NCBI GenBank assembly: GCA_049472315.1
Contig: JBLIRN010000004.1
Coordinates: 41,540-105,539, forward strand
Direction of reading: 5' to 3'
Source of the DNA: a bacterium
GTDB lineage: Bacteria > SZUA-182 > DTGQ01 > JAFGSM01
DNA: 64,000 nt
In this document: positions 9,140-20,229 of the stretch, piece by piece
Position numbering within the stretch: the first letter of the stretch is position 1
How the letters are laid out: every line of letters begins with the position of its first letter
Notes under the pieces: model-generated
Databases searched by the model: none
Seen by the model: the letters and a program-made list of their open reading frames with translations, nothing else
Told to the model about the DNA's origin: nothing
Program-made: the position numbers and the translations under genes

Positions 9140-9871
9140 ATGAACGCCCAATTGCCATTGGGTCAACATGTCGACATCCTGGCCATAGGGACCCGTCCGG
9201 GTGATGTCGAAATCGGGGTCGGCGGCATTCTCCTTAAAATGGCAATGCGTGGGTATACGACGGTCATTTGCGATCTCACCAGTGGAGGCTTACAGGTTCC
9301 GGGCAATGCCGGGGTGACCGGTGAAGAGATAAAGGAGGCGTCAGCGATCCTGCACGTATCCGATCGCACCAATCTCGACTTGGGGGATTTCCCTTTCCAG
9401 GCGAATCCTGAATGTGCTCAAATTCTGGCGGACTGCCTCCGCCTCTATAACCCGGATATCATCCTGGCACCCCATTGGGAGGATTGGATACCACTTCACC
9501 ATTTCACCACCCAACTCCTTCACAGGGCGGTTGAAATCGCCGGATTCCCCCATGAAGAGACCCCGACCAAACCATACAAGCCATCGTGGATCCTCTACTA
9601 TCCAACTGCCCGCCCGATCATCCCACAGATCATCGTCAACATAACCTCCTCGTTTGAGGGGAAGATGGAGGCTGCAAAGGTGTATCAGTCCCTGTTCCAC
9701 GACAATCCGCCTTGTGCCCCTCACGCATCGACCTCCTCCAGAGACTTCAGTTTTCATGTGGAATCCCGGGCCCGGCATTTCGGATCGCTGATCAATTGCC
9801 GGTTCGGGGAGGGATTGATCCTCGCCCGACCGATTCCCGTGGATGACATCTGCGAAATGATCACCCTTTGA
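9140..9871 (+). CDS. PIG-L/BshB1-like deacetylase family protein with degenerate active site
   Basis: Overall BshB1 layout (DILAIG..P.DVE.G.GG, CDLT.G, Y.S.F, R.R.FG..I....GE), but HPDD is replaced by RPGD. Confidence 0.75.
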   Translation: MNAQLPLGQHVDILAIGTRPGDVEIGVGGILLKMAMRGYTTVICDLTSGGLQVPGNAGVTGEEIKEASAILHVSDRTNLDLGDFPFQANPECAQILADCLRLYNPDIILAPHWEDWIPLHHFTTQLLHRAVEIAGFPHEETPTKPYKPSWILYYPTARPIIPQIIVNITSSFEGKMEAAKVYQSLFHDNPPCAPHASTSSRDFSFHVESRARHFGSLINCRFGEGLILARPIPVDDICEMITL

Positions 9872-9926
9872 TTCGTTTTTAAAACCGAATTCTTCCGATT
9901 TAGAAAACAAGCAAATCTTTGTCTCC

Positions 9927-9955
9927 TTGACACCTTGATGGAGTCAAGCTAACAT
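9927..9955 (+). promoter_or_regulatory. Putative sigma-70 promoter of the pilB operon
   Basis: TTGACA-17 nt-TAACAT. The spacer contains the inverted repeat cttga-tggag-tcaag. Confidence 0.55.
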
Positions 9956-9995
9956 TATGACATGCGTAATGGATTAAAAAATAAGGAATATCTTT

Positions 9996-11771
9996 ATGAA
10001 GGCCCGTTTGGGAGAGATTCTTGTACAAGCAAATATTATTACACAGGAGCAGTTGCTCAAGGCCCTGGAGGAACAGAAGAGGACCGGAGGCCGCATCGCG
10101 AACATCCTGACTAAACTCGGATATCTGAAGGAAGAGGATGCCCTCTTCTACCTCAGCAAACAGTTGGGTGTGCCGAGCGTTGATCTGCGCAACTTCGACA
10201 TCGAACCCGATATCATCGAACTGATCCCTGCCGCGCTCTCCAAGAAATACCGCTTCATCCCCTTGAACCTCCTGGGAGATACCTTGACCATCGCCATCGT
10301 TGATCCCACCGACTATGTGGCCATCGATGACATAAGCTTTTCCACGGGATTCCATATCGAAACGGTGGTGACGACGGAATCCCTTTTTGACCAAACATTC
10401 GAGCGATCCTATAAAAAGGCGAGACCAGCGAACCTGGATGTCTTTGACTATCGTGAAGAAGAAGGTGCCGCAATCCGTCATGAAGAGGTACAGGAGCCCC
10501 AGGAAGATATCATAGAGGTCGGAGATTTCGACAATATCGTCAAGGGGGCCCTCGACAATGTGGAGGTGGTGGAAGAGGAGGCATCCCAGGATTCACTCAC
10601 CGAGGCGGACGCCCCTATTGTGAAACTGGTCAACGGCATACTGCTCAAGGCCGTCAATATCAAGGCGAGCGATATCCATATCGAGCCCTATGAAAAATCA
10701 TTCCGGGTCCGCCTTCGTGTGGACGGTGTGCTCAAGAAGGTGATGGGGCTGCCGCCGAAGATCAGGAATGCGGTGGTGTCCCGTATAAAGATCATGTCCA
10801 AGCTGGATATCGCTGAAAAACGATTGCCCCAGGATGGAAGGATCAAACTGAAACTGGGGAAAAACGCGGCCATGGACTTCCGTGTATCGGTGCTCCCCAC
10901 CCTCTTCGGGGAGAAGGTGGTCATGCGGCTCCTGGACAAATCCAATCTCCAGCTCGATATGACCAAGCTGGGATTTGAACCCGACGATCTGGAAAAATTC
11001 CAGGAGGCCATCAAGAGCCCTTACGGCATGGTCCTGGTGACCGGCCCCACCGGAAGCGGGAAAACCACCACCCTCTATTCCGCCCTGAACCAGTTGAATG
11101 TCGAGGAGACCAACATCATGACCGCCGAAGATCCGGTGGAGTTCAATCTCCAGGGGATCAATCAGGTCCATATCCACGAACACATAGGGCTCAACTTTGC
11201 CGCTGCACTCCGCTCCTTTTTGCGACAGGACCCCGACGTGGTCATGGTAGGTGAGATACGTGACCTGGAAACCGCTGAAATAGGCGTCAAGGCGGCCCTC
11301 ACCGGACACCTTGTGCTGTCGACCCTCCATACCAATGACGCCCCGAGCACCATCATGCGTCTCTTGAACATGGGGGTCGAATCCTTTCTGGTAAGCTCCG
11401 CCGTGGTACTGGTGCTTGCCCAGCGCCTCACCAGAAAGATCTGCAGCGAATGCAAGGAGCAGATACATGTGCCTCCCGAACTCCTTCGGCGACTGGGTTT
11501 CTCGGAGCTCGACATAAACAACGGCATCGAGATCTACAAGGGGAAGGGATGCTCCAAATGCGGGAACACCGGATATAAGGGAAGGCTCGCCCTTTATGAG
11601 GTCATGAAGATGACCGATCCCATCAGGGAACTGATTGTGCGCGGAGGCTCCACCGAGGAACTCAGGAACCTCGCCATACAAGAGGGTATGAGGACATTGA
11701 GGCAGAGCGGTTTGATGAAGGTTAAAGAGGGGATGACCACCATTGACGAGGTACTCAGTGTAACCGCATAA
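9996..11771 (+). CDS. pilB: Type IV-A pilus assembly ATPase PilB with N-terminal MshEN domain
   Basis: RLGEIL...QL..AL..Q, ASDIHIEP, GPTGSGKTT, RQDPD and a tetra-Cys motif. Confidence 0.95.
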   Translation: MKARLGEILVQANIITQEQLLKALEEQKRTGGRIANILTKLGYLKEEDALFYLSKQLGVPSVDLRNFDIEPDIIELIPAALSKKYRFIPLNLLGDTLTIAIVDPTDYVAIDDISFSTGFHIETVVTTESLFDQTFERSYKKARPANLDVFDYREEEGAAIRHEEVQEPQEDIIEVGDFDNIVKGALDNVEVVEEEASQDSLTEADAPIVKLVNGILLKAVNIKASDIHIEPYEKSFRVRLRVDGVLKKVMGLPPKIRNAVVSRIKIMSKLDIAEKRLPQDGRIKLKLGKNAAMDFRVSVLPTLFGEKVVMRLLDKSNLQLDMTKLGFEPDDLEKFQEAIKSPYGMVLVTGPTGSGKTTTLYSALNQLNVEETNIMTAEDPVEFNLQGINQVHIHEHIGLNFAAALRSFLRQDPDVVMVGEIRDLETAEIGVKAALTGHLVLSTLHTNDAPSTIMRLLNMGVESFLVSSAVVLVLAQRLTRKICSECKEQIHVPPELLRRLGFSELDINNGIEIYKGKGCSKCGNTGYKGRLALYEVMKMTDPIRELIVRGGSTEELRNLAIQEGMRTLRQSGLMKVKEGMTTIDEVLSVTA

Positions 11772-11836
11772 CACCTTGTAATAGAGAAGAAAAAAACATT
11801 ATTATTCATGGATTGGACAGGTTCGAGGGTATATAG

Positions 11837-12916
11837 ATGACAGAGTTGAACCAGTTACTCCACGAGATGCTTCACATGCGGGCATCCGATCTCCACCTCA
11901 CCAGCGGCATCCCCCCCCAGGTGCGAGTGGACGGGAACATCATCCCCTCCTCCCACCCTCCCCTGACTAATGAGGCCATCAGGAACATGGTCAACAGCGT
12001 ACTGAACGAGGATCAAAAAAGGAAACTCGATGCCGAGCTCGAGCTGGATCTCTCGTTCGGAATCAATGGGCTGAGCCGCTTCAGGGCGAATATATTCTTC
12101 CAGCGCGGCGCCCTGGCAATGGCCGTGAGAAGCATTCCCATCTACATCCCCACGTTCGAGGAATTGGGTATCCCCTCCATCGTCACCACCTTATGCGAAA
12201 AGACCAGGGGCCTTGTCCTGGTGACCGGGCCTACGGGAAGCGGAAAATCAACCACGCTGGCGGCGATGATCGACTGGATCAATACCCATCACCATAAACA
12301 TATCATTACCATAGAGGACCCCATCGAGTATCTCCATTCCCACAAGCAGTGCATTGTGAATCAGCGGGAATTGCACGCAGACACCCATTCCTTCATGCAT
12401 GCACTCCGATCAGCGCTCAGGGAGGACCCCGACATCGTGCTCATCGGAGAGATGAGGGACCTGGAAACCATAGAGGCTGCATTGACCATATCGGAAACCG
12501 GGCATCTCACCCTGGCAACCCTTCATACCAATTCATGCGTCCAGTCCATCAACCGGATTATCGATGTCTTTCCGCCCCATCAACAGAACCAGATTCGGAC
12601 CCAGCTCTCCTTTGTCCTGGAAGGAATACTCGCCCAGCAGTTGATTCCCCGGCAGCTCGAAGACGGGAGGGCCCTGGCCCTGGAGATTCTTATTCCCAAC
12701 GCCGCGGTGCGGAACCAGGTACGGGAAAACCACATCCACCATATCTACAGCATCATGCAGGCGGGGCAGGCACGGCACGGAATGCAGACCATGAATCAGG
12801 CGCTGTTTGACCTGTACCAAAAGGGCATCATATCCAAGGAAAATGCCCTTGGCCATTCAACCTATCCGGAAGAGATGGCAAATATGATTCAAAACACGCT
12901 TGTGCGAATGATCTAA
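11837..12916 (+). CDS. pilT: Type IV pilus retraction ATPase PilT
   Basis: ASDLHL, GPTGSGKST, ALREDPD and AVRNQVRE, in pilB-pilT-pilC synteny. Confidence 0.95.
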   Translation: MTELNQLLHEMLHMRASDLHLTSGIPPQVRVDGNIIPSSHPPLTNEAIRNMVNSVLNEDQKRKLDAELELDLSFGINGLSRFRANIFFQRGALAMAVRSIPIYIPTFEELGIPSIVTTLCEKTRGLVLVTGPTGSGKSTTLAAMIDWINTHHHKHIITIEDPIEYLHSHKQCIVNQRELHADTHSFMHALRSALREDPDIVLIGEMRDLETIEAALTISETGHLTLATLHTNSCVQSINRIIDVFPPHQQNQIRTQLSFVLEGILAQQLIPRQLEDGRALALEILIPNAAVRNQVRENHIHHIYSIMQAGQARHGMQTMNQALFDLYQKGIISKENALGHSTYPEEMANMIQNTLVRMI

Positions 12917-12941
12917 ATAATATATTAGAGAGGAAAGGGTT

Positions 12942-14153
12942 ATGCCGGTATTCAAATATAAGGGCAGGACGCTGCAAGGCAAAGAGGTAGAAGGCGAGAT
13001 AACGGGTGACAGCAAAGAACTGGTAATGGCCGAATTGAGGCGTCAGGCCGTCATTCCCACCCAGGTGAAAAAGAAACCCACGGAGATCACCATCTCCATT
13101 CCCGGGTTCGGGGCAAAGATAAAGGAAAAGGACCGAATCGTATTCACCCGCCAGTTCGCCACTATGATCGATGCCGGGCTTCCCCTCGTCCAGAGTCTCG
13201 ACATCCTCGCCCAGCAGACGGAAAACCCGGAACTGGCCAAGACCATCAAGGATATCAAGATGACCGTGGAAGGCGGGAGCACCTTCGCCGACGCACTTCG
13301 CAAATACCCGAAGGTGTTTGATCAATTGTATGTGAACATGGTGGAGGCTGGAGAGGCAGGCGGTATCCTGGATACCATTCTGGAGAGGCTCTCCGGATAC
13401 ATGGAACGGGCCCTGGCCCTCAAGCGGAAGGTCAAGACCGCCATGACCTACCCGATCGTCATCCTTGTGGTGGCCGTCGTGGTGGTCGCCGGGCTCCTCA
13501 TCTTCGTCATCCCCCAGTTCGCTGACCTTTTCACCAGTTTCGGGGGAACGCTTCCGCTGCCCACCCGTATCGTCATCGCGCTGAGTGATTTCCTGGGCGG
13601 ATGGGGAGGATTGATTATCCTGATAACCGTTATTACCGTCTTCATCACCGTCAAGCGAGTCAACAGGACGGCAAAGGGAAAGCTCTTTTTCGATAAGGTA
13701 CTTTTGAAGTCACCGGTATTCGGCAATCTTCTTCAAAAGGTTTCGATCGCCAAATTCACCAGAACCCTGGGCACCCTGATCAGCAGCGGCGTTCCCCTCC
13801 TCGATGGTATGGAGATCACGGCACGAACGGCTGGGAACAAGGTGATCGAACATGCCATCATGTCCAGCCGGGTCTCCATCAGCGAAGGGAAAACCATTGC
13901 GGAGCCGCTGGGCGAGACCAAGGTGTTCCCCCCCATGGTGGTGCAGATGATATCCATCGGCGAAAGCACGGGTGCACTGGATACCATGCTGGGGAAGATC
14001 GCGGATTTCTACGACGAGGAGGTGAACACCGCGGTGGAGGCGCTCACCTCCATGCTGGAGCCTCTGTTGATGATCTTCCTGGGTGGATCGGTCGGATTTA
14101 TATTGATTGCCATGTACATGCCGATATTCGGCCTGGCGAATCTCATCGGATAG
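12942..14153 (+). CDS. pilC: Type IV pilus platform protein PilC (GspF family)
   Basis: FTRQFATMIDAGLPL, GEAGG.LD and GESTG.LD motifs. Confidence 0.95.
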   Translation: MPVFKYKGRTLQGKEVEGEITGDSKELVMAELRRQAVIPTQVKKKPTEITISIPGFGAKIKEKDRIVFTRQFATMIDAGLPLVQSLDILAQQTENPELAKTIKDIKMTVEGGSTFADALRKYPKVFDQLYVNMVEAGEAGGILDTILERLSGYMERALALKRKVKTAMTYPIVILVVAVVVVAGLLIFVIPQFADLFTSFGGTLPLPTRIVIALSDFLGGWGGLIILITVITVFITVKRVNRTAKGKLFFDKVLLKSPVFGNLLQKVSIAKFTRTLGTLISSGVPLLDGMEITARTAGNKVIEHAIMSSRVSISEGKTIAEPLGETKVFPPMVVQMISIGESTGALDTMLGKIADFYDEEVNTAVEALTSMLEPLLMIFLGGSVGFILIAMYMPIFGLANLIG

Positions 14154-14197
14154 TGCCGGACACCCTCCGGAACAGCAGGAGCTCATGCGAGGGACGT

Positions 14198-15871
14198 ATG
14201 GACACGACGGTACAGGTTGAGGAACAGCAGGGAAACGCATACCTGCGCCGCAAGATACTATGGCTGATGATCCTGCGGGTGATCATCCTCACCATCCTCC
14301 TGGGTTCCATCAGCATTGTCCAGATCCGGCACGCGCGATCGGGCCTTAATCCCTACTACCTCCTCATTGCCCTCACCTACCTCCTCACCATCCTCTACGC
14401 GGTGCTCTTTTATTCAATGAGCAATCTCGTCGTGCTCGCCTATATTCAACTGGTTGCAGACGTACTCATAGAGTCGTGCCTGATCTACCTCACCGGAGGC
14501 ATTGAGAGCCCCTTTTCCTTCATGTTCATCATCACCATCATCACCACAAGCATCGTCCTGTCACGCAGGGGAAGCCTCATCATCGCCTCAATGAGCAGCA
14601 TCCTCTATGGAGTGCTCCTCGATCTCCAATACTTCGGCATCCTCACCCTGCCTTCCAGGGGGACCCTGGCGGCCGGACTCCTGAGCAGTCGCTACGTCTT
14701 CTATACCATCTTCGTCAACATATGCGGCTTCTATCTCATTGCCTTCCTCAGCGGCTATCTGGCCGAATCAACCAGAAAGATCGACCAGGAGCTCACCGCC
14801 AGCAAGGAAGATCTCATGGAATTGAAGGCCTTTAACGAGGATGTGCTCAAAAACATCCGTTCAGGCCTCGTCATTACCGATATCAACGGAAAGATCACCC
14901 TCGCCAACAAGGCAGCCATGGAGATCCTGGGCATCAACGAAATCAACGAAGAATTCCTTTACTGGAACGAGCTCTTTTTGCCGATCGATTTTCCCAAAAT
15001 CCTTGCCCTGATCGAGGAGGAACAAACCATCTCCTATAATGAATTTGTCAATTGCGGGGAACGCGGGCCCTGCTTTATCGGGCTGAATCTGGCACCCATT
15101 CAGGATGCGCAGGGCAATACCAAGGGAACGATCACCAGTTTTCAGGACCTCACCGAATTCAAAAGGATGGAGGATCAGATAAAACAGGCCGACATCCTGG
15201 CGACCATCGGGGGAATGGGGGCAGGCATGGCCCACGAACTGCGCAACCCCCTCGCCTCAATCAAGGGTTCCATCCAGCTCCTTGCCGAGGGACTCACCCT
15301 GGATGAGGAGCAAACAACCCTGATGAATATTGTGATCAGGGAGTCAACACACCTGAACAACGTCATCAATGATTTTCTCACCTATGCCCGGCCACGGCCA
15401 CTTAGACTGGAGTCCTGCGATATCAATTCCCTGGTCGATGACACCCTGACCATGCTGAAAAACGGTGAGGATTTCAATCACACCATCTCCATCGTCACCG
15501 ATCTGGAAGAGGAGCATACGATCCTGAACCTCGATGCCAACCAGATGAAACAGGTATTCTGGAATCTTGCAATAAACGCCTGTCAGGCCATGCCTGAAGG
15601 GGGCACCCTTTCGGTGAAAGGCCGTACCAGAGACAATAAACACAAATCATACAAGGTCATAGAATTCCAGGATACGGGGGTGGGGATTACCAGGGAACAC
15701 CTTCCGAGGGTGTTTCACCCCTTCTACACCACAAAGGAACGGGGAACAGGGCTGGGGCTCTGCACCGCCTATCGGGTGATTGAGGCACATGGAGGCAAAA
15801 TCGAGGTGGAGAGCCAACCGGGACAGGGGAGCCTCTTTCGGATCTATCTTTCCCTGCTCTCCAGCCCGTAG
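14198..15871 (+). CDS. pilS: PilS-family membrane sensor histidine kinase
   Basis: Multi-TM N-terminus with TGGIESPF, a PAS domain, AHELRNPL H-box and GTGLGL. Confidence 0.9.
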   Translation: MDTTVQVEEQQGNAYLRRKILWLMILRVIILTILLGSISIVQIRHARSGLNPYYLLIALTYLLTILYAVLFYSMSNLVVLAYIQLVADVLIESCLIYLTGGIESPFSFMFIITIITTSIVLSRRGSLIIASMSSILYGVLLDLQYFGILTLPSRGTLAAGLLSSRYVFYTIFVNICGFYLIAFLSGYLAESTRKIDQELTASKEDLMELKAFNEDVLKNIRSGLVITDINGKITLANKAAMEILGINEINEEFLYWNELFLPIDFPKILALIEEEQTISYNEFVNCGERGPCFIGLNLAPIQDAQGNTKGTITSFQDLTEFKRMEDQIKQADILATIGGMGAGMAHELRNPLASIKGSIQLLAEGLTLDEEQTTLMNIVIRESTHLNNVINDFLTYARPRPLRLESCDINSLVDDTLTMLKNGEDFNHTISIVTDLEEEHTILNLDANQMKQVFWNLAINACQAMPEGGTLSVKGRTRDNKHKSYKVIEFQDTGVGITREHLPRVFHPFYTTKERGTGLGLCTAYRVIEAHGGKIEVESQPGQGSLFRIYLSLLSSP

Positions 15872-15953
15872 GGATTTTGATCGAGGGGAGAATATGTGGC
15901 ATAGTATACAGTATGATATGAGTGCCTGACGAACAGGGTGAGGGAAAACCACA

Positions 15954-17339
15954 GTGAACTCCATACTGATCATAGACGACGAACGGAGCATGTGCGAGTT
16001 TCTCGCCATTATGCTCAAACGTGAAGGGTACCGGGTCAAGTTCGCAAACACCCCCAAGGAGGGGATCACCCTTGCCCAGAATGAGGCCTTTGATCTAGCC
16101 GTCATCGATATTCGGATGCCGGGTATGGACGGATTAAGTGTATTGAGGGAGATCAGGAAGATCAGCCCGGAGACCCTTGCGATCATGATCACCGCCTACG
16201 CATCCACCAAGACCGCTGTGCAGGCAATCAAGGAGGGGGCCTACGACTACCTGACCAAGCCTTTCAAGAATAACGAGGAGATAAAGCTGGTGATCCACAA
16301 TGCCCTGGAGAAGAAGCGCCTTCAGGAGGAAAATGTCATCCTCAGGCGGGAGCTTTCCACGAAATACAAGCTGGGAAACATCCTGGGCAAGAGCAGCCAG
16401 ATGCGGGAGATATTCGCCCTCATCCAGAAGATTGCCAACAGCCGGAGTACGGTGTTGATAACGGGTGAAAGCGGCACAGGCAAAGAGCTGGTGGCGCGGG
16501 CCATTCACTTCCACAGCGCCCAACGGAACGAGTCCTTTGTAAGCGTCAATTGCGGCGGTATGCCTGAAGGGCTCCTGGAGAGCGAACTTTTCGGTCATGT
16601 GAAGGGATCGTTTACCGGGGCGATCCACAATAAGAAGGGGCTCTTTGAAGCCGCGCACAAGGGCACCATATTCCTGGACGAGATCGCCTCCACCCCCCTT
16701 TCCCTGCAGGTCAAGCTCCTGAGGGTACTCCAGGATCAGGAGATCCGCAGGGTTGGGGCAACCGAGGGTATCACCGTTGATGTGCGCATCATTGCAGCGA
16801 CCAATAAGGATTTGCAGGAGGCGGTCCAGGAAGGAACCTTCCGGGAGGACCTCTACTACCGTCTCAACGTGATCCCTGTGTGCCTTCCGCCTCTGAGGGA
16901 GAGGATCGGGGATATCCCTCTCCTCGTGGCCCATTTCCTGGACATCTACGCGAAAAAAAATGGATTTCTCGATATGGATACCTCGCCTTCATCCGAGATC
17001 ATCCGCATACTCTCCAATTACCACTGGCCCGGTAATGTGCGTGAGTTGGAAAACGTCATCGAAAGGGCCGTTGCCCTCGGCAACGGAAAATCGCTCCGGC
17101 CCGAAGACTTGCCGGACAATGTCCTCTATCCCATCCATCCCCCCTATCAATCATCGAGCTTCGACATGGAAAAGGGGATCGACCTGGAAAAGGCGGTCAC
17201 CGAAATGGAGACGCGGCTCATTTCACAAGCGCTCAAGAAGACCCAGGGGAACAAGAGCAAGGCGGCGGAGTTGCTCAATTTAAGCTTTCGTTCATTTCGG
17301 TACCGGCTCCAGAAATATGGAGACATCCTGGAACAATAA
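15954..17339 (+). CDS. pilR: PilR-family sigma-54-dependent response regulator
   Basis: REC domain, GESGTGKE, ESELFGHVKGSFTGA, WPGNVREL, and a Fis-type HTH with SFRSFRYRL. Confidence 0.92.
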   Translation: MNSILIIDDERSMCEFLAIMLKREGYRVKFANTPKEGITLAQNEAFDLAVIDIRMPGMDGLSVLREIRKISPETLAIMITAYASTKTAVQAIKEGAYDYLTKPFKNNEEIKLVIHNALEKKRLQEENVILRRELSTKYKLGNILGKSSQMREIFALIQKIANSRSTVLITGESGTGKELVARAIHFHSAQRNESFVSVNCGGMPEGLLESELFGHVKGSFTGAIHNKKGLFEAAHKGTIFLDEIASTPLSLQVKLLRVLQDQEIRRVGATEGITVDVRIIAATNKDLQEAVQEGTFREDLYYRLNVIPVCLPPLRERIGDIPLLVAHFLDIYAKKNGFLDMDTSPSSEIIRILSNYHWPGNVRELENVIERAVALGNGKSLRPEDLPDNVLYPIHPPYQSSSFDMEKGIDLEKAVTEMETRLISQALKKTQGNKSKAAELLNLSFRSFRYRLQKYGDILEQ

Positions 17340-17370
17340 GGAACGCGAGGGACTCACAGAATCGAGGGCA

Positions 17371-18774
17371 CTACCTCTCCGAGGCACTCATCTCGGCCAC
17401 CAGAACCCGGGTTACATCTTCCTGTCCCTGCAGCAGCGGATTCAGATCGGCCATAACCGCTCGAAACTGGGGCAGCATATTTTTCTTTAACGGCTTCCCC
17501 GATGGATACTGCTCATTCAACGGATTGATGAACCGGGTACCCTTTTTGACACGATAATCCAGATGAGGGCCGGTGGAGAGACCGGTGGTTCCCACATACC
17601 CGATCACCTGTTTCTGGGTCACCCGAACCCCCTTTTTCAATCCCCGAGCAAAACCGGACAGGTGATTGTAGTAGGTGACATATGCGTTCATGTGTCTTAG
17701 TTTTACCTGATTCCCGTTATACCTATCATACGAGGTGGAAAGGACCACCCCATCGGCCACCGCCCACACAGGGGAACCGTACGGGGCGGCGAAATCGATC
17801 CCCAGGTGCGGCCGCACGCTTCCCAGAATGGGATGCCTGCGGTGATGGCTGTATCCAGAGCTTATGTACTTGTAACTCAATGGGGCCCTCAGAAATGCCC
17901 GCCGCAGGGATACGCCCTCCGCATCATAGTAGTCTCCACTACCTTCGTCCTTGAAGTAGAACCCCCTCAATGTCCCTGTAACCTCTCCTTCATACAGTAT
18001 TGCCAGGACCCTGCCGTACCCTATCGGCTCGTCACCCCTGAAATAGCGCTCGAAAACCATCCTGAAACGGTCCCCCTCCCTCACCTCGTGTTGAAAATCG
18101 ATCTTCCACTCGAGGATCTCCGCAAACTGCAGCGCCAGGGATACGGGATACCCGGCGTCCTGCATGGTAGTAAAGAGGGAGCCCTTGATGGAGCCGGAAA
18201 TGCTTACCCAATACTTCGCAATCTTTATGTCCTCCCGCCACGCGTTCCATTTGTCCCCTTGATCCCTGCTCAGGCAGTAGATCTCCAGCGGGCTTTTCTG
18301 ATACTCGAACCGCTCGACCTCACCCTCCTCGGTAAGGCTTAACCGGTAGATATCGCCGGGCCTGCTCTGGGAGCGAAAACGTAACAGGGGATTGAGCTTG
18401 CTGGTGATGAGGTGAATCGTTCGATCGGCTATGCCTTCCCGGTGCAGGCACTGGTAGATGCTCTCTCCATCCTTGATGGTACCGTCCCGGTAAAGCAGAG
18501 AATAGGATGGAGGGGGCGGAGGACCCTCAATAACGATACACGAGGGCTCCGCAGGGGATGCATGTGGCATCAGGGAGGCATTTGCGTCAGGATATCCCAT
18601 TGTGGTATCCGCTGTGGGAAGGGTTTGCCGGGCCCGTGTCAATGTGGACACGAGATATCCGCACAGCAGTATGCAGGGCACTGCCAGAATCACAACGGCA
18701 ATGACGGAGAGTCTCACTGTGTGTCTTCGATGTCTCTGTCTCTTGAGATGTTCCGATGAATGGTAGAGCGGCAT
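17371..18774 (-). CDS. M23-family peptidoglycan DD-endopeptidase (MepM/Csd3-like)
   Basis: N-terminal TM helix, H.G.D (HLGID), YNHL and STGPHLDY. Confidence 0.9.
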   Translation of the reverse strand: MPLYHSSEHLKRQRHRRHTVRLSVIAVVILAVPCILLCGYLVSTLTRARQTLPTADTTMGYPDANASLMPHASPAEPSCIVIEGPPPPPSYSLLYRDGTIKDGESIYQCLHREGIADRTIHLITSKLNPLLRFRSQSRPGDIYRLSLTEEGEVERFEYQKSPLEIYCLSRDQGDKWNAWREDIKIAKYWVSISGSIKGSLFTTMQDAGYPVSLALQFAEILEWKIDFQHEVREGDRFRMVFERYFRGDEPIGYGRVLAILYEGEVTGTLRGFYFKDEGSGDYYDAEGVSLRRAFLRAPLSYKYISSGYSHHRRHPILGSVRPHLGIDFAAPYGSPVWAVADGVVLSTSYDRYNGNQVKLRHMNAYVTYYNHLSGFARGLKKGVRVTQKQVIGYVGTTGLSTGPHLDYRVKKGTRFINPLNEQYPSGKPLKKNMLPQFRAVMADLNPLLQGQEDVTRVLVAEMSASER

Positions 18775-18783
18775 GAATGGCCT

Positions 18784-20229
18784 CTATTGCCTTTGTTCGA
18801 GTTTTGTGACCAGGATTTCATTCACCAGCTTGGGATTGGCCTTTCCCTTGGTCGCCCTCATCACTTGTCCCACCAGGAATCCCACCGCCTCCTTCCTCCC
18901 CTTCCTGTAATCCGCGACCGTTTCCGGATGAGCGGCGAGCACCTCATCGATCGTTTCCTCAAGACGCGAGGTATCGGTTATCTGAATGAGGTCCTCCTCC
19001 CGTACGATACTGGAGGCATCCTTTCCCGTTCGATACATTGAGGCGAACACCCTCTTGGCGATCTTTCCGCTGATCACCCCGTCATCGATCATCTTCAGCA
19101 TATCGGCCAGGCCCTTCGGACTGACCGGCGAGGAGGTGATGTCACGATTGTCACGATTCAACTCCCTCATCAGCTCCACCATGATCCAGTTGCTCACCGC
19201 CTTGGGCCCAGGATAAAGGGCGCAACACGCCTCAAAATAGTCGGCGAGTTCAGTGGAAACGGTCAGTACCTGGGCGTCATAGGGTGGTATTTCGTATTCC
19301 CTGATCAGGCGATTCCTCTTTACCTCGGGCAATTCCGGCAGTGTCCGGTCAATACGATCTATCAATTCCTCGTCGATTGCCAGGGGCGGGAGGTCCGGTT
19401 CAGGAAAATAGCGGTAGTCATGGGCCTCCTCCTTGCTCCTCATGGGGATGCTGATCCCCCTGTCCGCGTCCCACAGCCGTGTTTCCTGCACCACCCGCTC
19501 TCCACCATCAAGAAGCATGATCTGGCGTTCGATCTCATATTCCAGCGCCCGCTGTACATTCCGGAAGGAATTCATATTCTTTATCTCCGTCTTCACGCCG
19601 AACGATTCCTGCCCGATGGGTCGCACGGATACATTGGCGTCGCACCGCAGGCTCCCTTCTTCCATGTTCCCGTCGCATACCTTCAAGTATTGAAGGATTG
19701 CCTTCAGATTTTGAAGAAAGAGCCTTGCCTCCTCGGGTGATCGGATTTCGGGTTCGGTCACGATCTCCATGAGGGGTACCCCGGTGCGGTTAAAATCCAC
19801 AAAACTTGCATTCCTGTCCGGACCCTCGCCGTGGATGAGCTTTCCCGCATCCTCCTCCAGATGTATGCGGGTGAGCCCGATGCGTTTCTTACCCCCCTCT
19901 TCCAGGTCCACCTCCACATATCCTCCTTCCGACAGGGGGAGCTCATATTGGGAAATCTGATACGCCTTGGGCAGATCGGGATAGAAGTAATTCTTGCGTG
20001 CAAAGCGGCTCGTATGCGGGATGCGCCCATGGACTGCCAGCGCGGTCTTCAGGGCAAACTCGACCGCCTGGCGGTTCAGCACCGGGAGGACACCCGGAAA
20101 TCCCATGCACACCGGGCAGGTTTGGGTATTGGGAGGCTCTCCGAATCTCGTGCCGCAGCCGCAGAAGATCTTTGACCGGGTGAGAAGCTGGGCATGGATC
20201 TCAAGGCCTATAACGCTCTCATACCCCAT
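18784..20229 (-). CDS. gatB: Asp/Glu-tRNA amidotransferase subunit B
   Basis: [20 protein letters not shown] and [10 protein letters not shown]. Confidence 0.97.
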   Translation of the reverse strand: MGYESVIGLEIHAQLLTRSKIFCGCGTRFGEPPNTQTCPVCMGFPGVLPVLNRQAVEFALKTALAVHGRIPHTSRFARKNYFYPDLPKAYQISQYELPLSEGGYVEVDLEEGGKKRIGLTRIHLEEDAGKLIHGEGPDRNASFVDFNRTGVPLMEIVTEPEIRSPEEARLFLQNLKAILQYLKVCDGNMEEGSLRCDANVSVRPIGQESFGVKTEIKNMNSFRNVQRALEYEIERQIMLLDGGERVVQETRLWDADRGISIPMRSKEEAHDYRYFPEPDLPPLAIDEELIDRIDRTLPELPEVKRNRLIREYEIPPYDAQVLTVSTELADYFEACCALYPGPKAVSNWIMVELMRELNRDNRDITSSPVSPKGLADMLKMIDDGVISGKIAKRVFASMYRTGKDASSIVREEDLIQITDTSRLEETIDEVLAAHPETVADYRKGRKEAVGFLVGQVMRATKGKANPKLVNEILVTKLEQRQ

